Part shown: one piece after another, positions 26,901 through 35,449 of the stretch
How the letters are laid out: every line of letters begins with the position of its first letter
Numbering within the stretch: the first letter of the stretch is position 1
Sequence record: MZ443783.1
Direction: 5' to 3' (one strand)
Length of the DNA stretch: 64,000 nt
Translations under genes and position numbers: made by a program
The notes under the pieces: generated by a model
Told to the model about the DNA's origin: nothing
Database searches by the model: none
The model's input: only the letters and a program-made list of their open reading frames with translations

Positions 26901-29775
26901 GAACACGCACACCGCCGATATCAACGTTGAACGTACCAGTCTGGAGGAAGCTCAGGCCAACGATATAGATCGTGTTGCGCGGAGCCTGCTGGATAACGTC
27001 ATACATGCGGTCTTCGCCCCACGTATTAACAGTGTCAGCAGTGATAGGCACTGCGTTCCAACCATCAACAACTTTGTGGAGGTCATCACACCAGTTCGCT
27101 ACGAGGTTAGACGGACAGATGATCAGAGGACGAATCGTTTCTTCGCCAAGGTCATCCAGCTCTTTGATTAGAGCAGCAACGTCGGTCAGACCGATGATTG
27201 TCTTACCGCCACCAGGTGCGATAAAGATTGTTGCGAAGCGTGGACGACGACGCAGAGTTTTGTGCGCTTCAACCTGATGCGGCAGTAACGCTGCACCTGC
27301 TTTAAGACCTGGGATACGGATATCTTCAATCGTGATACCGCTATCCGGTTTCAGCTTCTCAATCTCCACTTCGGCCTGTTCGAAGTATTCGAGTGATTTA
27401 GGAATCACGTCGCTGTACATCGTGGCGAACGGCAGAATGATTTGTTGCAGACGGTCAGAGCCTGGGGCCTGTTCGTCTTCAATCAGAGAGCTGAACAACT
27501 TCTTACGATCACTACGAGCCAGAGCCTGAGTCATCTCACGATACAGCGCGCCACCGAAGTAGTTATTCAGTCGCGCCATGTCAGACAGCTTGGAGCTTTC
27601 ACCCATCACGAAGTAGTGAGTGTGGTTCGGCAGAGATTCGGTTGCAGCCTGAATGCTACCCATCTCATTGAGAGAGGTCATAATCAGGTTAGACCCACGC
27701 AGACCAGCAGCATCGTTCAGCACACGGAGCATCACGCGCATCATCGTCATTGCAGGACGTTCGTTAGCGAGGTCTGGAATTGAGAAGTCGTTCTCAATCA
27801 GGTTCTGATACAGGTTCTGGTCCATCGGGCTTTCGGCCAATGAAGCATTCTCTGCGTCCATACCGATAGCAACACGCGCCTGCTGCACCAGAGTTTTCAG
27901 ATCAGGAACTTGTTTGTTCTTGAGCATGAACTCATAGGTCTGACAGGTAGATGCGATAATCTGCACCAGCTCGTGGAGGTTAGAACCTTCGGTGCTGTTG
28001 TACTTGATGGTGCTGTCCGAAACAGCTTCCACCAGACGGCCAGCGCCAGATTCTGCTTTCGCCGCTTCGATCATCATGTCGTTAGACACGCGATATGCAG
28101 CCATACCACCAGAAGACTGATTGTGGTGGATGTTACCGATTACGTTAGATGCAGAACGGAAGTTAGGTGCTTCACCAGGCTCTGCGAAGTCGTAGCCAAG
28201 TGAGTCAGCAACGTCCAGAGAGTTCGGCGCTTTCATGCCTACGGTACGTGTCTCTTTAACATCGAGACCGCCACCATTAGACGTGTTCACGATCAGCGCG
28301 AAGTCAGGGTCAATGCCGATGCACACGTTACTGAAACGAGAGAGCGACTTGGCCTTGGTCTGCACTTCACGGTCGAAGTCCAGATTACCGTTCTGAATTG
28401 CGAACATGTTGGTACGCAGGGTATCGTGCTCGGTGGACAGAGGCACACCCTTTTCGAACAGGTCTTCGAGTACGCTGTTGAGAGAAGACTCGTAGGTCTT
28501 AACCATCTCAATGTCGATATCTTCACGACGAGGAAGCACTGCGAGAGTACCATTCGGCATGATCGTCAGACCGTTATCGTCTGCAACCACATCGTTTACC
28601 ACATAGCCAAACTTCTCACGGAGTTTCTTCAACTCAGGCAGAGTGGTGGCCGAGGTAACGTAGCGTGGGATACGCGCAGCACGAGTGATACCAGTACGAG
28701 TAGAGCCAGCAACACGGAAGTAGTAGCTCGCCCAACCCTGGAACCAACGATACAGACACATGGTCTGCGTGTCAGCGCCCTGAGAGATGTACTCGACCAT
28801 TTCTTTTTCGAAGTTAACGATCAGGCCGCCTTCAACGCGAACGTCAGTAGCGAGAGCGACAGGGTTAAAATCGACAGGCGTATCGTGGCTGATTTTCATC
28901 GCTTGAATCTTGCGATCAATCATCGCCTTGCCTGGGATAGGACGAATACCGATCGTCATGAAATCGCCCAGCGCTTCGGCAGCACCTTTGTCCAGATTAC
29001 GGAACAGGTCGATATCCATGTTGTGCATCAGCGGGTGAATGGAGCGCAGAGCCGCGTTATACACAGTCCAGTCTTTATCGAGAGGAATGCGGACCATCTT
29101 CGTTTCGAATGCGTTGGAGTTGGTGCGTTCAACGCCGAAGATATCTTTGTACAGAGTCTTCGCCACACGAATCGCAGCCTGTGCAATATCAGAACTGTAG
29201 GTCTGAATGTTGGCACGTTCGAAGTTGGCGTCATTGTCCACACGAGGACGGTCGCTACCCTGATTGTTCAGAACGTTGAAGTTACCGTTCGAGGCCAGAG
29301 GACTTGTCGGGCATGGCGTACCAGACATGATAATGTCACGACCACCTGGGAAGCGCGTACTGTTTTCAATCACGGCACCAGATGCTGCGGACAGGTGTTC
29401 AGCCAGAGAGGTCTTAATCTCACGACTCAACTTGTCGCCGTTCAGTGACATATTGATACGCATGATGGACAGATCGATGTTGTTCTTAACACGCTTAACA
29501 AAATCGTCTGGCGCTACTTCCAGCATGTCTTCGAACTCTGCACCGTTGGTAACGATGTAGTTGATCAAATCGAATGCGGCGTAGATGCGAGCAACGGTAG
29601 ATGCGGTGAACACTGCAAGGGTTTCGTAGTTACGACGAGACTTCCCTGTAGCGTACATTTTCGACATTTTACCATCGAACTCGGGCGGCAACGTCTTCAC
29701 AGCCAGAGCCTGATTAAACGTATCGGCGATCTGCTGGGTTGCGGTTGCTGAGGTACTGATCATTTGATTCATCAT
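23926..29775 (-). CDS. Giant SNF2/SWI2-type (DarB-like) helicase protein (1949 aa)
   Basis: LLPHQ, APGGGKT, LIICPSNLVANW, LLDESHKVKN, ATGTLV, KLIVFTRY, SEGHNMQ...DTPWSP..YDQSTARIFR motifs at ~25.6-27.3 kb. Confidence 0.85.
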   Translation of the reverse strand: MMNQMISTSATATQQIADTFNQALAVKTLPPEFDGKMSKMYATGKSRRNYETLAVFTASTVARIYAAFDLINYIVTNGAEFEDMLEVAPDDFVKRVKNNIDLSIMRINMSLNGDKLSREIKTSLAEHLSAASGAVIENSTRFPGGRDIIMSGTPCPTSPLASNGNFNVLNNQGSDRPRVDNDANFERANIQTYSSDIAQAAIRVAKTLYKDIFGVERTNSNAFETKMVRIPLDKDWTVYNAALRSIHPLMHNMDIDLFRNLDKGAAEALGDFMTIGIRPIPGKAMIDRKIQAMKISHDTPVDFNPVALATDVRVEGGLIVNFEKEMVEYISQGADTQTMCLYRWFQGWASYYFRVAGSTRTGITRAARIPRYVTSATTLPELKKLREKFGYVVNDVVADDNGLTIMPNGTLAVLPRREDIDIEMVKTYESSLNSVLEDLFEKGVPLSTEHDTLRTNMFAIQNGNLDFDREVQTKAKSLSRFSNVCIGIDPDFALIVNTSNGGGLDVKETRTVGMKAPNSLDVADSLGYDFAEPGEAPNFRSASNVIGNIHHNQSSGGMAAYRVSNDMMIEAAKAESGAGRLVEAVSDSTIKYNSTEGSNLHELVQIIASTCQTYEFMLKNKQVPDLKTLVQQARVAIGMDAENASLAESPMDQNLYQNLIENDFSIPDLANERPAMTMMRVMLRVLNDAAGLRGSNLIMTSLNEMGSIQAATESLPNHTHYFVMGESSKLSDMARLNNYFGGALYREMTQALARSDRKKLFSSLIEDEQAPGSDRLQQIILPFATMYSDVIPKSLEYFEQAEVEIEKLKPDSGITIEDIRIPGLKAGAALLPHQVEAHKTLRRRPRFATIFIAPGGGKTIIGLTDVAALIKELDDLGEETIRPLIICPSNLVANWCDDLHKVVDGWNAVPITADTVNTWGEDRMYDVIQQAPRNTIYIVGLSFLQTGTFNVDIGGVRVRVRGAVEFVNRFRFSYVLLDESHKVKNFSGGQAGSQVHFNTKAVFTAPSVRYARIATGTLVTDRVRDIVGQAALMTPAMFGDSLDVAYDGAKDDIEMIRRAHSRMANHTAFISFKRKHWAFMLPNPIDTFIQVEIDDPSVPNSALHQEVYNAMYEQVLEKLQDAANAAKRKASAGNDDEDDDAGGADDNASDIDEDDIEEGDDLGALLAGNADLNMYFQRMEMMLTDPMGDDVARLTFEAAGVTNFVSAKVLTIIDRIKKHFEVQPERDPMVGEQQIFDWKPGVTPRELDIAVYNGQKYLARKQSEEYKRQALPPSMVPPPDDPDYWKPEVQGKLIVFTRYVRAANAIYNALPENYKKVAVVYHGEVGKLGQNKDANLDAFKTDNNVQILIANEQAISEGHNMQMGSRIIRCDTPWSPGTYDQSTARIFRPDVAAAKLDENGKPGDMAREVVFIDWVMTNKTLEVGKVARLMWKTLEKTRFDEKGNQRYEALDQYKLDPIKMSAKLLIDNNTMEDFAQYFFAKRDLNEIESQEFHEMRKTTVAAMQALPATPALNDFRVMEQTPFVANQKIPDRYGWGLERLLDWTRNRNFTNGENLKDSLNRAPVVTEYGNGVIVSVTARTVDGKLRADSPISTVRVRLAGTGETVSISANKVHIATKVDKADLKKFFEARKPWANEKDRKRATAEANRIEIEDTIKDETETADTVETEKKVVAVARKTARAKQRATNKAEGKPINEGVAEAAGRVRRRKPADLPVLDNTTRRKKPVAAAVEEATGADMALELTPTVYNGFVAIYANATDPDAKALKAFDFVEFGDYVYYDCAYYEDFEKMLDFIEVKKKLAFDKPSEKRLEFVLDFFDESTPRMGFNIKLALKAQEQLKQFFLIRHKAASDKKHVKAYPMVMEDRLRIMFDLNTNPQMKRFVGTKIPNTRKFGTFDVSPGMWIGFVKNVATAKARINKIVKAGYNITNIKKLTTALDRLKLTTTKNKAV

Positions 29776-30269
29776 TCACCCAGTTTAATATAGTTGTCGA
29801 TTACAGACGTCCACACTCCAGGTACAGGCAGGTTTCGGTCGGCAGCGATATCAGAAAGCACGATAGCCAGTGCGTAAGCACGAAGCGGTTCGAGGCCTTC
29901 AAACTTATCACGCGTAAACACAGACGTGAGTTGTTCGTTGGTCAGCGTCTGATACTGCGCACGGTACTCCGTCAAGTACAGGCGATACTTGCCGTCATCG
30001 ACAGGAGTAGTGTCTGGTGTGCTCTGCACATACAGCAGTGCTTTACCCAGCGCATCCAGAAGCAGCAGCAGATCGTTCTGATCGTACGGCGTAATTTCTG
30101 GAACGTTGGAACTGCCCATCAGTTCGATGACCGAATCAGGCAGTTGAATAGGCTCTTTCGCCTCAGAGATGGACTCGATAATCCCTTGAGCCGCATTTGC
30201 GTAGCGCTTATCGCTCGTCGCAATGCCAGACAGCAAGGAATGGAGCCGCGTATTTACGTCGTGCGTCAC
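29772..30269 (-). CDS. Hypothetical protein (165 aa; start revised to GTG MTHDVNT)
   Basis: AGGAG SD before GTG 30269; the track start overlaps the upstream gene by 179 nt. Confidence 0.55.
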   Translation of the reverse strand: MTHDVNTRLHSLLSGIATSDKRYANAAQGIIESISEAKEPIQLPDSVIELMGSSNVPEITPYDQNDLLLLLDALGKALLYVQSTPDTTPVDDGKYRLYLTEYRAQYQTLTNEQLTSVFTRDKFEGLEPLRAYALAIVLSDIAADRNLPVPGVWTSVIDNYIKLGE

Positions 30270-30279
30270 GGTTCTTCTC

Positions 30280-31062
30280 CTAGATAAAAATGCTCTTGAC
30301 CAGAGAGTTGAGTCGCTTTTCCACGGCGTGTCGTTTGTGTGTCGTAAGGAAACAGCACATACGGCGCGACTGTAGATGCAGCGCAATGGCATTGCCCTTG
30401 ACGCGAGCGCAGTCAATCCCAAGGTCAATGTTCCACGGATGCCAAGCACGAGGTGCAAGCATCACCTGTTGGATGTTCGGATAAGTGTCCATCAATACAG
30501 GAATCGCAGACTTTGCCAGTTTCTTGGTCAAATTATCAGTTTTGAACAAAGCCTTAGGCTGTTTGTTCGAAAACCAGTACGGAACCTGCTTGTGGAGTAT
30601 CTCCCCGACTTTAGGAATGCCACCACGAGTAGTCTGAGGCACATACACCAGATAGATATCGATCGTGGTGTTGATGCAGTTCGCTACGCGGTTGTAATCG
30701 CTGTTAGTACGCGAATGCACCTCGGCCAGTCTGAACTTATTGCTGAACTCGATACGCTGCAACCACTGGCGCAAGTCCTGGTGCTGCAACTTGAGAAGGA
30801 CACGGGCCTGCTCCAGAGAATGCTTAGTCACAGACGGGATTGGGCGTATCAGATACTTCGTGGTAGTCTTAGACAGCGAGGACATGAAGCCTTCAACAAC
30901 ACGCTGCATACCAAGAGGCTGCGGCAGTGAGTGAAAGAGATCGACTGCGGTTTGGGTTGTGATGTACGAACCCCACGCCTCAATATACTCAGGGTCAATG
31001 CAGTCTGGGAAAGCACGTAGGTTCAATCCTACTTCGGAGCCATATGTTTTCAAACGACTCAC
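30280..31062 (-). CDS. Hypothetical protein (260 aa)
   Basis: ATGA overlap with the HNH gene. Confidence 0.55.
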   Translation of the reverse strand: MSRLKTYGSEVGLNLRAFPDCIDPEYIEAWGSYITTQTAVDLFHSLPQPLGMQRVVEGFMSSLSKTTTKYLIRPIPSVTKHSLEQARVLLKLQHQDLRQWLQRIEFSNKFRLAEVHSRTNSDYNRVANCINTTIDIYLVYVPQTTRGGIPKVGEILHKQVPYWFSNKQPKALFKTDNLTKKLAKSAIPVLMDTYPNIQQVMLAPRAWHPWNIDLGIDCARVKGNAIALHLQSRRMCCFLTTHKRHAVEKRLNSLVKSIFI

Positions 31063-31424
31063 TTTCTACCTCCGTGAAGCAATCGAGAGCCGCGTCGGTT
31101 TGCAGTACCGATTTGGTTATTGTCGCACGTATAGCACAGCAGTTCAAGGTTATGCTTCATGTTAGAACCACCATTGGCATGTGCAACTTTATGGTTGAGA
31201 ATCAATTCGCGTGTGGGCTTACCACAGCGCTCGCAGTAGTAACCGCGCTCGTCGATGATGCTCATCTTGAGTTTGGTCCAGTCTGCTCTGTCCATGCGAA
31301 CGTGTGTACCTGCACGGGCACGTTCAAATCCCGTTACGCCAGCAAGACGTTGGGAAGTAGACAGAGTACGTCCACGTCCACCTTGCGTTCGAGCGGCGAT
31401 GCCGCCTCTTGGTCTGTATGCCAT
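31059..31424 (-). CDS. HNH endonuclease family protein (121 aa)
   Basis: CERCG...ILNHKVAHANGGSNMKHNLELLCYTCDN: CxxC, HNH-like core, CxxC. Confidence 0.8.
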   Translation of the reverse strand: MAYRPRGGIAARTQGGRGRTLSTSQRLAGVTGFERARAGTHVRMDRADWTKLKMSIIDERGYYCERCGKPTRELILNHKVAHANGGSNMKHNLELLCYTCDNNQIGTANRRGSRLLHGGRK

Positions 31425-31446
31425 GATGTTCTCCTAAATACAATGA

Positions 31447-31455
31447 TATTTACAG
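31447..31455 (-). promoter_or_regulatory. Class-1 promoter-like motif CTGTAAATA
   Basis: Exact intergenic copy, 22 nt upstream of the HNH start. Confidence 0.65.
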
Positions 31456-31457
31456 AC

Positions 31458-32270
31458 TTATGCAGAGGCGGAGAAGATCTGTACCGTCTTATCCAGACCA
31501 GCTTGATAGGACTGTTCGATATCTTTGGCTGAACGGCTGATAATCTGCTTAGTTGAGTTAGACGCAGCAGCAATCAATTCAACAGGCAGATTCTTTTTGT
31601 TCCATGCGTTAATCTGGTGGAATACTGAAACGAGAACGGTACCAGCAGACTCGGCGAACGGACCAAGCACCTCAGCATTGAGGATCTCAGCCAACTGACC
31701 AACATCGCGCAGCGCACGAAGGTCAGCAATGATTTCGCGCATCTGGTCATAGAGTTTCATCAGCGCATAAATATCACGACTCTGTTTCTTTTGCAGGTAC
31801 AGGTTTTCGCACTCACGCGCCATAGCCTGACACTGCTTGAACATGGTCATGTATTCTTGAATCTGGTCATTCTCCTGCTTGATGGCGTCAGGGATATCAG
31901 CCATGACCTCCATCAATTGACCCTCAAGCACTGCAACATCAGTGCCAAGCGCTTTCCTGTCTTTCTTTTTCTTCTTCTTGATGACCTCTACGGCGTTCTC
32001 TTTTTTCTTTTTCTTCTTCGCTTTCGGTTTGTCTTCAATGGAAGCGATTGCCTTTTGGGTACTGGCGATATCAGCGTAAAGTTCTTCTGGGTTAAGCACA
32101 CCAGGCATGATATCACTCGAAGGGTCTTTCTTTTTCTTCTTTTTGACCTTCACGCCTTTGCTAACTGTCTTAGCTTTAACGGCGGTGGTCTTAGCTTTCA
32201 CTTTCGCTTTGCCTTTCTTTTTAGCAGGCTGTGCGTAAGAGCCAATGTCATCCAAGCTTATGGCCGCCAT
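31458..32270 (-). CDS. Hypothetical protein with poly-Lys N-terminal half and helical C-terminus (270 aa)
   Basis: Three K5-K6 tracts; GAGG SD. Confidence 0.6.
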   Translation of the reverse strand: MAAISLDDIGSYAQPAKKKGKAKVKAKTTAVKAKTVSKGVKVKKKKKKDPSSDIMPGVLNPEELYADIASTQKAIASIEDKPKAKKKKKKENAVEVIKKKKKKDRKALGTDVAVLEGQLMEVMADIPDAIKQENDQIQEYMTMFKQCQAMARECENLYLQKKQSRDIYALMKLYDQMREIIADLRALRDVGQLAEILNAEVLGPFAESAGTVLVSVFHQINAWNKKNLPVELIAAASNSTKQIISRSAKDIEQSYQAGLDKTVQIFSASA

Positions 32271-32292
32271 GTGAAAATCCTCTGTAGAAACG

Positions 32293-32320
32293 AAAAAGGG
32301 AACCCCGCGAGGCTCCCTTT
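32293..32320 (-). terminator. Intrinsic terminator
   Basis: GGGAGCC-loop-GGTTCCC-TTTTT. Confidence 0.8.
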
Positions 32321-32329
32321 AGGGTTTGA

Positions 32330-33136
32330 TTAGAAGCTGTGACCTTTGATGATACCAGCAATCTTGCTGTAGTAGTCCGGGCTATAACGGAATACCTGAG
32401 CGTAATAGCTCAACAGCTTAGGCACGTCAACGCCAGCAGCGGCAGACACGCTATCGACAGCAGGGAACTGGTTAGGGTCCAGCTCGTCACCAGACAGTAC
32501 AGCAACCATAGACATGGAGCTGATCTGTTCTTCGTTACCCTGCTCGTCAACCACCAGCATGGTGTTGTCGTCGGTAACGTTAGCAGCAACGAAACCAACT
32601 TTCAGGTCACCGCTGTTTGATACGAAGCTGATCATATCGCCACCAACAGCAGCAGCCAGAATCGCTTCATTGCGCATGATAGCCTGAGCCAGTTCAGGAC
32701 GCTGGGCAGCGAAGTTAACGCTCTGTGCGCCACTGACAGAACGAATCATATCGATCAGTTCGGCGTTGTCGTTAGCAGAGCTATCGCGTACCAGAACGTC
32801 TTCGCCAGATTCAGAACGACGAACATGCCACATGCGCTCGCTCTTGTCCATGTACATGTTCTTAGACAGTGCCTGGAACTGGTCGCCCATCTGAGACACA
32901 GGAATGATATCCTGCATACGGTTCATGATGGTGCGCACGAAGCTGGTGGTCTTGCCGCCTTCGATCAGAGTCGAAGCGCCTTCAACTGGCAGGAACTCGC
33001 GGTCGCATGAAGCGCTCACGATTGCGCCGAAGTTGTCAGCGATGTTCTCACCGTGTGAGTGAGTTAATTGCACGATAGCCACGCTCTGGTTGTCGTTGAG
33101 CTGGTCAATCTGTTTGATGAAAGCCTTCATTGTCAT
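32330..33136 (-). CDS. Putative virion protein (268 aa)
   Basis: AGGAG SD; strongly biased codon usage; own class-2 motif and terminator. Confidence 0.55.
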   Translation of the reverse strand: MTMKAFIKQIDQLNDNQSVAIVQLTHSHGENIADNFGAIVSASCDREFLPVEGASTLIEGGKTTSFVRTIMNRMQDIIPVSQMGDQFQALSKNMYMDKSERMWHVRRSESGEDVLVRDSSANDNAELIDMIRSVSGAQSVNFAAQRPELAQAIMRNEAILAAAVGGDMISFVSNSGDLKVGFVAANVTDDNTMLVVDEQGNEEQISSMSMVAVLSGDELDPNQFPAVDSVSAAAGVDVPKLLSYYAQVFRYSPDYYSKIAGIIKGHSF

Positions 33137-33159
33137 CTCCTGAATAGTTCGACAATATG

Positions 33160-33166
33160 AAATTAG
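33160..33166 (-). promoter_or_regulatory. Class-2 promoter-like motif CTAATTT
   Basis: Intergenic, 23 nt upstream of 33136. Confidence 0.55.
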
Positions 33167-33177
33167 TATTTCGAGGG

Positions 33178-34374
33178 TTAGCCAGTGACGCGATAACGTG
33201 CATTGACCCAGATACTGCGGTTACCAACAGTAGCCCATTTGGTGGTTGGGCTGTTTGTGATGCCGAGCTTGCCGAGTGAACGTGCACCGTCAATCGCATT
33301 GGCACCCTGAGAACCATCACCGTCGTTTATTCCGGCTTTAGACAGCTTGTTCTTCAAGTTCGTAACAGGACCTTGTATCTCTGTCTCAAGTCTGCCTAAC
33401 GCAGATTCAATTGACGGAGTACGGTCCATGTTTAAGTTAACGACCTGACCTGTGAAGTCAAACGCTAACTGACCCTCTGCCTGTAGTTGCGCGGCGAGAG
33501 CGTAATACGAAGCGCAGATAACCCAACCGTTAAGAATGGTTCCCTGCATGTTCGTACCGTTGAAGCCTGTAACACGAGGACCAATCGTGTTGAACAACGC
33601 AAGTCCACGATACAGGTAGTTCATGATATCAGCCTGGGTGTATTCCAACTCAGGGATAACGTTCATTGCTCGGGCTTTGTTGATGTGGTCTTCAACCATT
33701 GACGCTGCGATAAGAATCTGCGGCGTTACAACCCAGAGCTTGTACGTGAACATCTTCGTGGTCTTGCGTGTGTTCGAAGTATGCTGTGCGATTAAGCTGA
33801 TAGGCTCCAATCGACGAACAGCAACCCAGACAGGAATCTGGAACACGCAGGTCTTGGCGCGGTTCACAACCATCTTCACACCAGAATCGCCAGAGTCGAT
33901 ATCAGATGCGATGATTTGGTTGTTGAGTGCCAGTTGGAATTTCAGCTTATCGCCGCGCGTGTCGTAATGAAACGGTAACGTCATCTCAAACGTTTCGTCA
34001 TCACCGAACAGGCATACGATATCTGTCACACGGTTTTCAGTCAGTGGCTCAACGATGAGTTCCTGACGGGACTGCATGATTCCTTCTTCGGACTCATAGC
34101 GCCATGAAAGCAGCAGACGCTTATCGTCCACCAGCCCCATGTTCGGCACGGCAACATCAGCGGTCCAGGCGCCAGGAATTTCACCAGGCGTTGCAACCAC
34201 TTGAGCCAGTACCGATCTATCTTCGGGGTCAATGAGGCTTACTACAGGCCCCATGTCATCCGATAGTGGGTACAGTGGTTCGTCGAGGTCGTTATAGAAA
34301 CTTTCCTCGACTACCAGTACATTACCTTCTGTTGTGCGCATATCAGTCTGCCTTAGTGAGTCCCAGATACTCAA
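33178..34374 (-). CDS. Putative neck/head-tail adaptor-like structural protein (398 aa; start may be 34341)
   Basis: C-terminal helical region (YTQADIMNYLYRGLALFN...AFDFTGQVVNL) resembles neck proteins; context only. Confidence 0.35.
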   Translation of the reverse strand: MSIWDSLRQTDMRTTEGNVLVVEESFYNDLDEPLYPLSDDMGPVVSLIDPEDRSVLAQVVATPGEIPGAWTADVAVPNMGLVDDKRLLLSWRYESEEGIMQSRQELIVEPLTENRVTDIVCLFGDDETFEMTLPFHYDTRGDKLKFQLALNNQIIASDIDSGDSGVKMVVNRAKTCVFQIPVWVAVRRLEPISLIAQHTSNTRKTTKMFTYKLWVVTPQILIAASMVEDHINKARAMNVIPELEYTQADIMNYLYRGLALFNTIGPRVTGFNGTNMQGTILNGWVICASYYALAAQLQAEGQLAFDFTGQVVNLNMDRTPSIESALGRLETEIQGPVTNLKNKLSKAGINDGDGSQGANAIDGARSLGKLGITNSPTTKWATVGNRSIWVNARYRVTG

Positions 34375-35449
34375 TCAGATTGCGTAGCTGGTCGTTATAC
34401 CCACCTTCGATTAGCGCTCTCGCCATTGACACGTGGTTGGAGTTCGCTGTACGCACTACCTTAGCCTGATAGTCAGGAACGTTTTGCATGTTCTGATTCA
34501 GGTTGTAGAAGTAGCTACGCACGAAGTTCGTTCGTTCCACGTTACTCGCTTCCATATCGCTGGTGTCCTGTGTAGGAGTCAGCAACAGGTAGAGGGCAGC
34601 AAGCAGTTCAGGACTCTGGTCAACAATCGGCGAGGCGAGCGAAGCAGCAATCTTCATCAGGCCTTTTGCAACGAAGTCAACCACAGTCTTCTCGATGTAC
34701 GCCGTGCCAGCTTTGCCAACGTTAGGCAGATACAGGCCAGGCAGAATGAAGATACAGAAGTACAGCGGAAAGTCTTTACGCATCACGTCGGGGATAAGCA
34801 TCTCCGAGTAGTCTTTCCAGATGTTCACGTTGAAGTGCCACTCATCGTAGGGCACTGTACGCATCAGGTTCGATACCGATAGGTCTTTCACTTGGTTCGC
34901 CTGCGATGCAAGATCGCGAGCGCTCTGCGAAGGAGCAAGGTTCGAACTCGATACCAGTTGAACGTAGTTGCGAGTGACAACACCCACAGTGTTATACGTC
35001 ACGTTCAACATCTCAACGCCGTTACCGTTCAGGCCGAAGATAACAGAACGAGGAAGACCGATAGTGATGTACTCGTTGTTATTGTCCACGCCCCACAAGC
35101 GCCAGTAACGCCCGCGACCAAGTTGAGTCATAGGCTGCGGGAGAATACGGTTGGCGCGAGCTTTCAGGCAGAACGTGAAACAGATACCGCTGTCAATCAT
35201 AATCACCGAATCATCTGGACGATTCGAGTAACCCATCGACATATCGTTATCGGTACTGTACACGTTTACCAGAGTGAAGTTCTGAGCCTTAGTGAAAGGC
35301 ATCTGCGCTTCAATCAAATAGCCGAGGACTTGTCGCAGGATAGTATCGAGCACATAAGGAGAAGCAGAACGCATTTGCTGTGGACGGTACTGACCACTAT
35401 ACGTGTTCTCCTTGAATGTGCGATCTACCTTGAAGTGCGTCAACGCCAT
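34343..35449 (-). CDS. Hypothetical, probably virion protein (368 aa)
   Basis: TAATG coupling with the upstream gene. Confidence 0.55.
   Translation of the reverse strand: MALTHFKVDRTFKENTYSGQYRPQQMRSASPYVLDTILRQVLGYLIEAQMPFTKAQNFTLVNVYSTDNDMSMGYSNRPDDSVIMIDSGICFTFCLKARANRILPQPMTQLGRGRYWRLWGVDNNNEYITIGLPRSVIFGLNGNGVEMLNVTYNTVGVVTRNYVQLVSSSNLAPSQSARDLASQANQVKDLSVSNLMRTVPYDEWHFNVNIWKDYSEMLIPDVMRKDFPLYFCIFILPGLYLPNVGKAGTAYIEKTVVDFVAKGLMKIAASLASPIVDQSPELLAALYLLLTPTQDTSDMEASNVERTNFVRSYFYNLNQNMQNVPDYQAKVVRTANSNHVSMARALIEGGYNDQLRNLIEYLGLTKAD

Noticed and set aside
18870-29775. Inteins or introns in the DNA polymerase or SNF2 helicase
   Set aside because: Motif spacing is continuous, with no C/S...HN-C/S/T splice junctions or LAGLIDADG blocks and no frame interruptions.
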